Shown: positions 55,059 to 64,000 of the stretch, piece by piece
How the letters are laid out: every line of letters begins with the position of its first letter
Position numbering within the stretch: the first letter of the stretch is position 1
IMG/VR virus record: IMGVR_UViG_3300028920_000045
Coordinates: 1-64,000 of that record
DNA length: 64,000 bases
Direction: 5' to 3' (one strand)
DNA from: a virus
Made by a program: the position numbers and the translations under genes
Notes under the pieces: generated by a model
What the model was told of the DNA's origin: nothing
Seen by the model: the letters and a program-made list of their open reading frames with translations, nothing else
Databases searched by the model: none

Positions 55059-56552
55059 ATGGCGAACGAAGAGTCCTTCGAGAGAGACGCCTATCGGTTC
55101 CTGCCCTTCTTCACCCGGAGGGAGGACCAGGACAAGGGGGGCTCTCTCCTCCGTCGGATCTTCGGGGCGGTCAATTCCGTCTGGGACCAGGTCGCGGACA
55201 AGATCGAAGAGATCAGAACTCTCCCGGACCCGACACAGGCTCCGGTCGAGACCCTCAAGCACCGGATGTCCCTGGTCGGCTTCGGTGGACCATTCTCGCA
55301 CGTCTGGTCGGCTCTCGGTGAAGAGGACCTCCGTCGTCTCCTCTTCGCGGCTGTCCCTCTCTGGAGGGCGTCGGGAACCGTGGCCGCAATCAAGATCGCC
55401 GCCCGTCTCCTGACCGGCAAACCGATCCTTGTACGAGACTCGCACTCGTTCCTCCCGGTTTTCACGCAGAGTCCGGGGATCACCTTCGGGGTCAAGTATC
55501 GACCGAGGTACGACGAGGGTGAGTCGTTCTGGCTCGTCGGTCCGTCGACGTCGTCCCCCCACGACATCGACTCGATTGATCTTCACCTGATCGACGAGGG
55601 TCTCAACCGGACTCTCCTCACCGACCTCCTCGGGGCGATTCGGTCTGGCGGTGAGAAGATCGTGATCGTGTACGCCGACTTTGTCGAGGACTGGGAAGGG
55701 ACGGAGCTACGACCGTGGTGGGGGTACTCGTCTGGGGATGTCACGGTCGAGGACCGGTCCCTCCTCCTGGGACCGGGGGACGGTGGCGATCCGGACATGG
55801 TCGCCCTCACCGAGATCTCAACTCTGCCCTTTGGGGACTTCTACTTCTCGACCTCGTTTCTGGTCGAGAACCCGTCGGCGGTTGAGGACAGTTCGTTCAC
55901 GGTCTTTTTCCGGGTCGACCTCGACGTCTTCGGTCCTGACCCGACGGGGTACGCTCTCTTTACTCTCTGCGGGTCCGGACCGTCGGCCGTCAATCGGTTC
56001 TGGCGGTTGATCCGTTTCGAGAACGGACAACCCCCCGCCCTTCTCGCCACTGGTACTCTCGACTGGCTTGGCCCGAATCAGGAGTACCACCTCGGGATTA
56101 CTTGCCGAGAAGAAGGGGTCGGAACCAGGATTCGGATCACCATTGACGGAGTCGTGATCGACGAGGTCGACGACGCGTACTCTGGTCGTCCCCTGGAGGG
56201 GAGCTTCGTCCTAATGAATATCGAAGCCGACGCCTCCCAGACCGTTCGGGTCGGGACGACCGAAGTCCTCCGGTACCCGGGAGACGTCGGACTCGTCGGA
56301 CCGGTCCTCCAGGTCCACCCGACGAGGTACTCCCTGACCAGCGGACAGTCGGTCACCCTCCGAGCCCGGGGCGGGTCCGGGTCCTACGGATGGGACTTCG
56401 ACGAGAACAACTCCGGGGGGACCGTGACGCCCCTCGACGAAGACGAGGCCGAGTACACGGCCGGGACCGTGGTCTCCACCGTGGTCGACCTGGTCAGACT
56501 CGAAGACAACTTCGGCAACACGACGGTCGCAGAGATCACCGTCGAGCCGTAG
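55059..56552 (+). CDS. Tail/baseplate protein I-like with C-terminal beta-sandwich domains
   Basis: YRFLPFFTRRED, DPTQAP, RRLLFAAVPLWRASGT; lectin-like and Ig-like C-terminal part. Confidence 0.8.
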   Translation: MANEESFERDAYRFLPFFTRREDQDKGGSLLRRIFGAVNSVWDQVADKIEEIRTLPDPTQAPVETLKHRMSLVGFGGPFSHVWSALGEEDLRRLLFAAVPLWRASGTVAAIKIAARLLTGKPILVRDSHSFLPVFTQSPGITFGVKYRPRYDEGESFWLVGPSTSSPHDIDSIDLHLIDEGLNRTLLTDLLGAIRSGGEKIVIVYADFVEDWEGTELRPWWGYSSGDVTVEDRSLLLGPGDGGDPDMVALTEISTLPFGDFYFSTSFLVENPSAVEDSSFTVFFRVDLDVFGPDPTGYALFTLCGSGPSAVNRFWRLIRFENGQPPALLATGTLDWLGPNQEYHLGITCREEGVGTRIRITIDGVVIDEVDDAYSGRPLEGSFVLMNIEADASQTVRVGTTEVLRYPGDVGLVGPVLQVHPTRYSLTSGQSVTLRARGGSGSYGWDFDENNSGGTVTPLDEDEAEYTAGTVVSTVVDLVRLEDNFGNTTVAEITVEP

Positions 56553-56564
56553 AGGAGAGGGAAG

Positions 56565-59500
56565 ATGTCGACCGGTGACAAGCGGATCAATATGTATCCG
56601 AAGAAGGTGGCACCCGAGGACCAGATCCGAGAGGGTTGGCTTGAGTACACCCTGTCGTTGATCTCGGACAACCTCAAGGCCCTGTACCCTTCGTCCGGGT
56701 TCTTCTCGGCTCCGACGGTGGCGGCTGGTTCCGTCGAGGACACCTTCGAGATCTCGTCGTTCACCGGTCTGTACGCAGGAGACGTCGGCCGGTATTTCGA
56801 CTATGCCGGTGGAGACGAGATCCCCTTCGAGAACGCCAACACGGTCGAATACTGGGCGGCAGTACACCTCGCCCTGGTCCCGGTCCTCGACGCGACCGGA
56901 TTGGAGGGGAGTCCCGACTTCGCCACCTTCCGGTATTCCCAGCTCGAAGAGATGGTCGGGTACTTCGTCGAGCCCGACTCGGTCGTGGATACCGGGAGCG
57001 GCGTCAAGTTCTACCTCAACGACGTCCTCACCGGGAACGTCGGTTCGGGTGCCTTCGACCAGTCCGGTCGAGAAGTGTACGTCATGCTCTGGCCCGACCC
57101 GGAGAGTCTCGACCCGGCCGAGGCTTTCCAGCTCAAGACCGTCGCATGGGACACGTCGGACAACACGGTCACGACGACGAACTATCTGGGCGCGACCGGG
57201 ATCAAGGCCGCGTCCTTCTATCGGGTCTTCGTCCCGGTGTGTACGGTGTCGAAGTCGTCCCCGTCGAATCCCGCCCTCTGGACGGTCAAGATCACCGGCA
57301 ACGGCCCGACGGCCTTCCCGTCGGCCTTCGACTACTCGGGGCAGAATATCCTCGGGTTCTCCCCGGCGACGATCACCGCCGCTTTCCAGAGGGAGCACGT
57401 CCTCTCCGGGAGTGCCGACGACGGGCGGCACAAGGACGTCACCTTCGGGACCATGAGGAACCGGACCACGGCCGAGGGCGGGTCGGCAGGAAACAAGTTC
57501 TATCTTCGGTCCGTGAACTCGGGAGACGACGCAAACGAACTCTTCCGGGTCCTCAATAACGCGGGCTCGACCGTGGTCAAGATCAAGGGATCGGGTGAGA
57601 CGACCATCGAAGAGGACTTCTACCTCAACGGGGACTTCGTCCAGTTCCTCGGGAACGGAGAGAACCATTCGATCTCGGGGATCGGATCGCAACGAATCCA
57701 GCCCATGCCGTTCCTCGACTTCCGGTCCTACAGCGAGTCCCCAGACGGAAACGCGAAGGGTGTGAGCCTCGTCGTCTCGGGGTCGACGTACTCGACTCCT
57801 CGACTCATGCTCCACCTCGTTCCGTACCATCAGGGGTCGGACTTCCCGTCGGACATGGTCTGCACGGTCCACGACACGGGACTCGTCGACGTGTCCGGAG
57901 CCGCTGACTTCACGGCCGACCCGGTTCTCCCTCTCCTCTCGACCGACTCCTTCGTCGTGAGGATCGACGGGACCACGAACCGGGACGGAATTTACTCGGC
58001 CGAAGTCATTGACGCGGATACCCTCGACGTACACGAACTCGACGAGTCCTCGGTTTCCTGGTCGGGGGGTGACCAGGCAGGAACGATCACCCTCTACACG
58101 ATCAAGACGACCATCGCCTCGTACGAGACGGGGGGAGGTGGTCTCGACGTCGGGTTCCGGACGTCGTCGTACGACCCGGGCTCCGTCGGTCTCGGTTACA
58201 TGGCCGTAGACAACCCCGCCCCGGTCGGTGGGAATGAGGTCTTCGGGTACGGGTTCGCCCACGTCGACGTGGCGAGAGACGAGATCGTTTTCGCCACCGA
58301 GAGCGGGGGAGCCGCCCGAGGGTGGGCCTTCGGTGGACGGGATAACAGTCCGGTTGACCCCGCCGACACGACGGGACCGAAGGAGAGGTACATCGGTCTC
58401 GACGCCCTGGGGTACTCGGCCGAGGTCGACGACGTCCTCCTCATGACCGGAGAGGAGAACGGCGACGGTCGAGTGTACATCGGTCGCCCGGAGGAGGACT
58501 CCGCGAACTGGCCCTTCCTCCAGTTGACCGAACCGTTCCTCGTCCTCGACGTCGACAGCGGGTCGATCCTCTGGACCGACCTCCGACCGTGGGCGACCGG
58601 TCAGGACCTCGGGACGTCGTCGTACCGATGGGACGTCTTCGTCGAGGACTTCGACATCAATGGGGACGTGACCGGAGACCTGGTCCCCGTGGCTTCGTAC
58701 CAAAACCTCGGGGATGCGTCTCACGTCTGGAACCTGTATTGCGCCAACCTCTTCGGTGACGCGGGAGCGGTCACGGTCGGAGCCCACTTCGAGCCTCTCG
58801 CGTCGAGTACCTACAACCTCGGTCACAGCTCTCGTCCGTGGGCGTACGTCTACGGATGGCGGTACAACATGAGCGGAGACGTCGCCTCCCCGAATCAGGG
58901 AGGATGGACGTCTCACAACTTCCCGAACCTCGACGACACGTACGACCTCGGACGACCGGTCGGGACGGGAGCCGGTACCCGGTGGCGAGACCTTCACTGT
59001 ATGACCGGCACGTTCTACGAAACGCCCGGGACCCTCGCCATCGACTGTCGAGGTGACGCCGACATCGACGGAGACCTGGACGTCGGCGGTGACACGGTCC
59101 TCAAGGGAGACGTGACCCTCGGGTTCGCAATCGGGGACGACGTCGAGGTCCATGCAGGAGAACTCAAGCCCCTGTCTTCCGAGTCCCGGTGGCTCGGCCG
59201 AGCCCACACTAACAACGGGGGGATCACCCTCGCCCTCTGGGACATCCTCGCCTCTCGGTCGTGGTGGGTCGCAGAGAGGATGCACGTCGGGTCCGATTAC
59301 GACCGATTCGGTCCGTGGACTCCGGGCGATGATCCGGACGGCGGGATCGACGTCGAGTACCTGGTCAACCCGGCCGAGGGAAACGCACCGGGCGGGGCGT
59401 GGGGGTTCTCCTCGGTTCCGGACTGGACCCTCGGGGCCAGTGAGACCGACGAGGTCCTCTTCTTCCCGATGGGCGATCTCCCTCACGGGGCGATCCTCCG

Positions 59501-59849
59501 CTCCTTCGAGGGACGGTCCTACACGGACGGGACCCTCTCGAAATTCGACGTCGAGTTCGGGTACTGGTCGGGGGACCAGAGCAACGGATGGGCCTGGACC
59601 TCGGTCCAGACTCTCGACGTCGCCGCCATCGGTACCGGTAACCAGAACTGGTCGACCGGGTCCACCGAACCGAACGACCCGATTGACCTGTCGCAGACAC
59701 CGAGACGTCAGTACGGATTCCGGGTGATCGCTACGACCGGCGTGGGACAGTCCGCGAAGATCCTGTCCCTGGCACTCGACCTCAAGGTCGACCAGGCCGA
59801 TCCGTTCCCGGGGTTCGCTGACTACTCGACGGGTGCGAACCCGAGTTAA
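56565..59849 (+). CDS. Tail fibre / receptor-binding protein
   Basis: 1094 aa G/S/T/D-rich; repeated P-x(4-6)-(D/N)LG-x4-W units; last gene of tail module. Confidence 0.82.
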   Translation: MSTGDKRINMYPKKVAPEDQIREGWLEYTLSLISDNLKALYPSSGFFSAPTVAAGSVEDTFEISSFTGLYAGDVGRYFDYAGGDEIPFENANTVEYWAAVHLALVPVLDATGLEGSPDFATFRYSQLEEMVGYFVEPDSVVDTGSGVKFYLNDVLTGNVGSGAFDQSGREVYVMLWPDPESLDPAEAFQLKTVAWDTSDNTVTTTNYLGATGIKAASFYRVFVPVCTVSKSSPSNPALWTVKITGNGPTAFPSAFDYSGQNILGFSPATITAAFQREHVLSGSADDGRHKDVTFGTMRNRTTAEGGSAGNKFYLRSVNSGDDANELFRVLNNAGSTVVKIKGSGETTIEEDFYLNGDFVQFLGNGENHSISGIGSQRIQPMPFLDFRSYSESPDGNAKGVSLVVSGSTYSTPRLMLHLVPYHQGSDFPSDMVCTVHDTGLVDVSGAADFTADPVLPLLSTDSFVVRIDGTTNRDGIYSAEVIDADTLDVHELDESSVSWSGGDQAGTITLYTIKTTIASYETGGGGLDVGFRTSSYDPGSVGLGYMAVDNPAPVGGNEVFGYGFAHVDVARDEIVFATESGGAARGWAFGGRDNSPVDPADTTGPKERYIGLDALGYSAEVDDVLLMTGEENGDGRVYIGRPEEDSANWPFLQLTEPFLVLDVDSGSILWTDLRPWATGQDLGTSSYRWDVFVEDFDINGDVTGDLVPVASYQNLGDASHVWNLYCANLFGDAGAVTVGAHFEPLASSTYNLGHSSRPWAYVYGWRYNMSGDVASPNQGGWTSHNFPNLDDTYDLGRPVGTGAGTRWRDLHCMTGTFYETPGTLAIDCRGDADIDGDLDVGGDTVLKGDVTLGFAIGDDVEVHAGELKPLSSESRWLGRAHTNNGGITLALWDILASRSWWVAERMHVGSDYDRFGPWTPGDDPDGGIDVEYLVNPAEGNAPGGAWGFSSVPDWTLGASETDEVLFFPMGDLPHGAILRSFEGRSYTDGTLSKFDVEFGYWSGDQSNGWAWTSVQTLDVAAIGTGNQNWSTGSTEPNDPIDLSQTPRRQYGFRVIATTGVGQSAKILSLALDLKVDQADPFPGFADYSTGANPS

Positions 59850-59912
59850 TCGTTGACCCGGTACTAACCGTCGACAGGGGGTCGACGCGATAGGCCGAGG
59901 AGGAGAGAGAAG

Positions 59913-60581
59913 ATGTCCCAGAGCAAGTCGAAGAAGAAGAAGCGGATCGCCAAGGTCGTCGGGAAGCCCCAGAGACCGGACCCGGCAGCTCCCGTCCCGA
60001 CTCGGAGCCTCCCTCCGGGGGCGGTCCCGGTCCAGGTCCCGGCCCAGACCATGACCACCTCGGGGGACAAGGACCTCGACGGTCGGGCCGACCGTCTCCT
60101 CCGGTCCGACCCCGAGAAGATCGAGGACCCGACCCTCCGTCTCCTGATCAAGACCTGGAGACCGAAGGCACTGACCCACGCCGGTCACACCGGTCGGCTC
60201 GAAAACCTCAAGGCCCAGATCCGGGGAGCCGAGGACGAGATCCAGAAGGCCCGGGGCGGGATCTCCTCGGTCGAGGAGATGATCTTCGAGCGGCTCCGCG
60301 AGATGGACCAGGAGGAGGCCGAGGGCCAGGAGGAGACCGACGACCAGGTCGAGGAGGGGTCCCAGGACTCCCAGGACGGGCCAGGAGACGAGAACTCCCC
60401 CGAGGACGGACAGGAGGACCCCCAGGAGGAGAACGAGGCCCAGGAGGGCGAGGAGACGGCCGAGTCCACCCCGGACCCGGCCGAGACCAAGGGGGAACCC
60501 GAGACGGAGACCGAGACCGAGGACGGTGAGGTTCCGGCCGAGGAGACCGTCGACAAGACCGGGGAGGCCGAGACCGGCTGA
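59913..60581 (+). CDS. Hypothetical protein (basic N-tail, coiled coil, acidic C-tail)
   Basis: GAGGAGG RBS. Confidence 0.72.
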   Translation: MSQSKSKKKKRIAKVVGKPQRPDPAAPVPTRSLPPGAVPVQVPAQTMTTSGDKDLDGRADRLLRSDPEKIEDPTLRLLIKTWRPKALTHAGHTGRLENLKAQIRGAEDEIQKARGGISSVEEMIFERLREMDQEEAEGQEETDDQVEEGSQDSQDGPGDENSPEDGQEDPQEENEAQEGEETAESTPDPAETKGEPETETETEDGEVPAEETVDKTGEAETG

Positions 60582-60601
60582 CCCGGTTCCGGAGGAACGA
60601 A

Positions 60602-60961
60602 ATGGAAGACGTGATCGCCAAGGCACTCGGACACCTCCTCTCCTGGGAGGTACTCTCGCTGGCAGGAGGGGTGTACTTCCTCCTCGTCGTGGTGAAGATC
60701 CTGATCGGGCAGGAGGTCAAGGACAAGCCCTTGATCAACCGCCTCCTCTTCGTCGCCCCGTTCCTGGTCTGCGTCGGGGTGGCCTTCGTCCCGGGTATGT
60801 TCTCCGAGGTCTCGACCTGGGGTGGAGCCCTTCGCATGGGTCTCTGGACCGGTGGGGTGTCGATCTTCTATCACGTCTTCCTCAAGTTCCTCCTCGGGGA
60901 CAAGATCCGGAAGGCCATGTCGGACCGGGTCTCGTCCCTGATCGGGAAGGGCTCGTCGTGA
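60602..60961 (+). CDS. Putative holin (three TM segments)
   Basis: 119 aa, three hydrophobic helices, basic C-terminus. Confidence 0.6.
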   Translation: MEDVIAKALGHLLSWEVLSLAGGVYFLLVVVKILIGQEVKDKPLINRLLFVAPFLVCVGVAFVPGMFSEVSTWGGALRMGLWTGGVSIFYHVFLKFLLGDKIRKAMSDRVSSLIGKGSS

Positions 60962-61353
60962 CCATCCTCAAGGAACGAGTCAAGACCCTCTGGCTTCGAG
61001 TTCGTCGGGGAGGGTGGAAGGTCTGGCTCGTCGTCGTCCTGGTCGTGGTCGGTGTCCTCGCGGTCCTCAAGTTCGTCCTCTCCGGTGGGGGTCTCTTCAC
61101 GACGAAGGGCAAGGCCGGGGAGAGGGTCCGCGAGGAAGTGAAGAAGACGGCCGGGATGATCGAGGGTGCCATCGCCGGGACCCGGGAGAGGATCAAGACA
61201 CGAACCAAGGTGATCGAGGAGAGGGAGACCGAGATCGAGGAGATCAAGACCCTCGACTCCGAGGTCGAGAAACTCCGACGTCTGGCCGAACTCTCGAATC
61301 GGACCGTCCCTCGACGTGGCCGGGACCAGGGGCGACGAAGGGGGTCACCGTGA
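60958..61353 (+). CDS. Putative inner spanin-like protein
   Basis: N-terminal TM (VWLVVVLVVVGVLAVLKFVL) plus coiled coil; coupled to holin-like gene. Confidence 0.5.
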   Translation: MTILKERVKTLWLRVRRGGWKVWLVVVLVVVGVLAVLKFVLSGGGLFTTKGKAGERVREEVKKTAGMIEGAIAGTRERIKTRTKVIEERETEIEEIKTLDSEVEKLRRLAELSNRTVPRRGRDQGRRRGSP

Positions 61354-61871
61354 ACCCAGACACCCGCCGAGGTCCGTTCGGCCGTCCTGGGGGACCTCAC
61401 GTCCTCCTGGTCGTGGTCCTGGTCGGTCTCATGTCCTCGATCCCGGGTCGGGCCTGGGCCGAGGGGATCAAGCTCCTTCCTGGTCTCCGAGTCGACTGGA
61501 CGACCCTCCCCGAGTTCCAGCCCGCTCCAGACCCAGACCCGATCCCGGCCGACGACCCCGGAGCGGTCCTCGTCGAGAAGGGACAGGAGGCTCCGTTCTC
61601 CGGTCTCCTGATCTCGGCCGACCGGATGATCTGGTACGAGGCCGTCGTCGTCCAGAGGGACAAGCTCAAGGTCCAGGTCGAAGAGACCGTCGACCTGGCC
61701 CAGACGATCCAGACCACGGCCCTCGAAGGGATGGAACGAGCCGCGAAAGCCGCCGAGCCCAAGTGGTACGAGTCACCCGAGGTCAACCGGTGGGGAGGGT
61801 TCCTCCTGGGTCTGGTCCTGGTCTCGGGTGTCGTCGGTGTCGCCGTCGGAGTCTCCCAGGCCGTCGACTAA
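61350..61871 (+). CDS. Membrane protein, possible lysis accessory
   Basis: Signal-like N-terminus (AWA), EKGQEAPFSGLLI, coiled coil, C-terminal TM. Confidence 0.55.
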   Translation: MNPDTRRGPFGRPGGPHVLLVVVLVGLMSSIPGRAWAEGIKLLPGLRVDWTTLPEFQPAPDPDPIPADDPGAVLVEKGQEAPFSGLLISADRMIWYEAVVVQRDKLKVQVEETVDLAQTIQTTALEGMERAAKAAEPKWYESPEVNRWGGFLLGLVLVSGVVGVAVGVSQAVD

Positions 61872-61968
61872 CGTGTCCCCTCCCCGCGCCTAGTCCGTCC
61901 AGCTCTCGAAGTATCCTTCGACTCTATACCCGGAGCCCTCACACCCTCCGGGGTCGAGGTTGTCGACT

Positions 61969-62202
61969 GTGAAGAAGAACCCCCTCCGAGAGAAGTTCCG
62001 ACCAGGGGTCCGAGACCCCGATGTCGTCTGTCGAGGGAGGGAGATCCTGACCGGGTTCTGTGTCCGTCACCGATGGCGGGTCAACCGGGACGGGCTTCCC
62101 TGCGACGAGGCGAACCAGAGGAACGTGACCCGGTGCGGGGAGTGTGTCCACTATCGGAGCCCGAAGGACGAGGTCGAAGATGATCCGCTTCCGCGTCGGT
62201 GA
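61969..62202 (+). CDS. Small Cys-rich hypothetical protein
   Basis: GAGGT RBS; five Cys including CGEC. Confidence 0.55.
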   Translation: MKKNPLREKFRPGVRDPDVVCRGREILTGFCVRHRWRVNRDGLPCDEANQRNVTRCGECVHYRSPKDEVEDDPLPRR

Positions 62203-63652
62203 CGCCCGCACTGTGATCGAGGGAGTCGAGAAGTCGCTTCTCCGGGACCTCGACGAGATAACCTCGTACAAGATCGATGGAGCCCACTTCTCTCCGTCGT
62301 TCCGTCAACGACGGTGGGACGGGAAGACTCACCTCTTGAGGTACTCCCGTCGATTCGGACTCCGGTTGTACACGGGTCTCGTCCCGATAGCTGCTAGGTA
62401 CCTCCGGAACCTCGGACACCGGGTCGAGGTGATCGACGAGAGACGACCTCTCAACCGAACCGTTGACACTCCCCTCCCGTGGCTCGACGACGAGTTCGTC
62501 CTCCGTCCCTACCAGGAGGATTCGGTTGAGGCCATCCTCTCGAAGAACCCCGACCTCCCCGGCCGAGGGATGGTCTCGTCGGCCGTCCGGTCTGGCAAGA
62601 CCGTTATGGCCGGGGGGTTAATCCATCGGACCCAGGCGAGGGCTCTCTTCCTCGTACATCAGGAGAGGCAGTTCGATCAGACCTGGAGGTTGTACTCTCA
62701 CCTCTTCGGCCGTGACCGTGTCGGGATGGTCGGGTCGGGGTACTGGGAACCGAACGACGTGACCGTCGGGATGGTCCAGGCCCTCCACCCGAAGAGGAAG
62801 ACGGCCGAGGTCAAGAGACTCCTCCAGTCCGTCGACGTCCTCGTCGTCGACGAGTGTCACCACCTCAAGCAAGCCCAGACCTGGAAGGACCTGGTCCTCA
62901 AGTGTGACGCCCGGATCAAGGTCGGGATCTCGGCCACGATTTACCTCTCCAGGAAGAAGGAGTCCGAGAAGGCAACGGTCTGGCTCCAGGCCCTCACCGG
63001 TCCCCTCCTCTACACGATCTCGACGAAGAGGTTGATCAAGATGGGCGTCCTCGTCCCGGCGACGATCCGACTGGTCAAGGTCCAGGGACCAGACGTCGTC
63101 GACGTGGACTGGGACCAGGCCCAGAAGAAGGGGATCGTCCAGCACGATCAGAGAAACCGGATCATCGCCCGTATCGCCCAGAGGAGGGTGAGGAAGGGAC
63201 GGAAGGTCCTGGTTATAGCCCGACGTCGTGAGCACATCGACCGACTGATCTCCGAGTTCCAGGAGCACGACCTCGGTGACCTGGTCGTGAGGATCGACGG
63301 ACGGACTCCGAAGGGGACCAGGACGAAGAGGGTCTCCCAGTTCGTCGACGGATCAAAGCCTCTCTTGATCGGGTCCGTCTTCCAGGAGGCGGTCGACATC
63401 CCCCAGATCGAGGACGTGATCGTCGCGGACGGTGGGAAGGACAGGAAGGCCACGATCCAGAAACTCCGGAACCTCACCCCTCACAAGGGGAAGACTGATC
63501 GGGTCTACGTGTACGACATGATCGACTTGCACAACCCGACCTTGGCAGCTCACAGTCGGGCTCGGATCAGTGCCTATCGGTCCGAGGACTGTTTCGACTT
63601 CGAGGTGATCGACTGGTCGAAGAGAAAGACCAGGAAGAAGGGACGACGTTGA
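62180..63652 (+). CDS. SF2 DExH-box helicase (UvsW/ResIII-like)
   Basis: LRPYQ, RSGKT, VVDECHH, GISAT, EAVDIP, TIQKLRNL, VYDMID. Confidence 0.93.
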   Translation: MIRFRVGDARTVIEGVEKSLLRDLDEITSYKIDGAHFSPSFRQRRWDGKTHLLRYSRRFGLRLYTGLVPIAARYLRNLGHRVEVIDERRPLNRTVDTPLPWLDDEFVLRPYQEDSVEAILSKNPDLPGRGMVSSAVRSGKTVMAGGLIHRTQARALFLVHQERQFDQTWRLYSHLFGRDRVGMVGSGYWEPNDVTVGMVQALHPKRKTAEVKRLLQSVDVLVVDECHHLKQAQTWKDLVLKCDARIKVGISATIYLSRKKESEKATVWLQALTGPLLYTISTKRLIKMGVLVPATIRLVKVQGPDVVDVDWDQAQKKGIVQHDQRNRIIARIAQRRVRKGRKVLVIARRREHIDRLISEFQEHDLGDLVVRIDGRTPKGTRTKRVSQFVDGSKPLLIGSVFQEAVDIPQIEDVIVADGGKDRKATIQKLRNLTPHKGKTDRVYVYDMIDLHNPTLAAHSRARISAYRSEDCFDFEVIDWSKRKTRKKGRR

Positions 63653-63678
63653 CAGAGTAAGGTGTGACGTGCTAACGG
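63649..63678 (+). promoter_or_regulatory. Putative promoter TTGACA-18-TAACGG with extended -10 TG
   Basis: Overlaps helicase stop codon; precedes structured non-coding region. Confidence 0.5.
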
Positions 63679-63679
63679 T

Positions 63680-63960
63680 GGACACACTCCGGACCCGATC
63701 CCTAGCTGCACGGTCGAGACCGGGGTGTCCGATCCGAGGAGAACGTGAGTAAGTCTTCTTCGCGTCGACAGACCCGGAAACGGGTCCCGGCCTCTCGTCC
63801 CCTGAAACGGGGTCGCGGTTCTCCCGAGAGGTCGGGGTCAGTGCAGCCCGGAGACGTCGCGCTCCCCGATAGGAGCGGGGGAACCGAGTCCTCGTCCGTC
63901 GGTTCCCCCGCTCCCCTCCCCACAAGTCTCCGACGGACGTCCATCGGACTTCTCCTCGGG
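63680..63960 (+). ncRNA. Candidate structured non-coding RNA or long 5' leader
   Basis: Several perfect stems, GAAA-containing loops and long-range pairings; no credible ORF. Confidence 0.55.
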
Positions 63961-64000
63961 GACCTCTCCACTATGACCGACGACCCCGTCGGTCTCCTCC

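Noticed and set aside
40783-59849. Stand-alone eCIS or tailocin locus
   Set aside because: Terminase, portal, capsid, neck and a TP901-type tape measure are present, so this is a complete phage morphogenesis region
56565-59849. Diversity-generating retroelement target
   Set aside because: No reverse transcriptase or adenine-variant template repeat seen in the window
56211-60626. 1471-aa minus-strand ORF
   Set aside because: Antisense shadow of the tail fibre and neighbouring genes
63680-63960. tRNA, tmRNA, RNase P or SRP RNA identity
   Set aside because: Hallmark motifs of these families were not recognised; kept only as an unassigned structured RNA candidate. No tRNA genes were noticed elsewhere by eye

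Overview
The window is a 64-kb segment of a high-GC tailed dsDNA phage with a contractile tail, most likely infecting a bacterium (sigma70-type TTGACA promoters, GGAGG/GAGGTGA ribosome-binding sites, DnaN-type clamp). About 1-14 kb holds small early/middle genes, including a beta clamp, a DPPY-type methyltransferase and an HTH regulator, behind repeated promoter motifs. About 14.5-29 kb is a PBSX-like head module (TerL, portal, MuF/gp7, XkdF-type protease and scaffold, XkdG-type capsid). About 29-40.7 kb holds accessory virion genes (paralog triplet, GT4 glycosyltransferase, large repeat protein) and neck genes. About 40.8-59.8 kb is a contractile tail resembling eCIS tails. It ends with putative lysis membrane proteins, an SF2 helicase and a highly base-paired non-coding stretch. 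The standout system is a preQ0 (7-deazaguanine) cluster, queD-queE-folE-queC-yhhQ, lying inside the head operon. It is followed by a ~1374-aa polyprotein joining a TGT/DpdA-like transglycosylase, a nucleotidyltransferase-like domain, an ATP-dependent DNA ligase, a LigD-type phosphoesterase-like domain and the prohead protease core. My inference is that a DNA modification/repair toolkit is loaded into the prohead and released by proteolysis. Other strong signals are a dispersed octamer GGCAGCTC (34 copies found by eye), selective avoidance of CTCGAG and GAGCTC, and two structured RNA candidates. All family calls come from motif recognition by eye; no searches were run.
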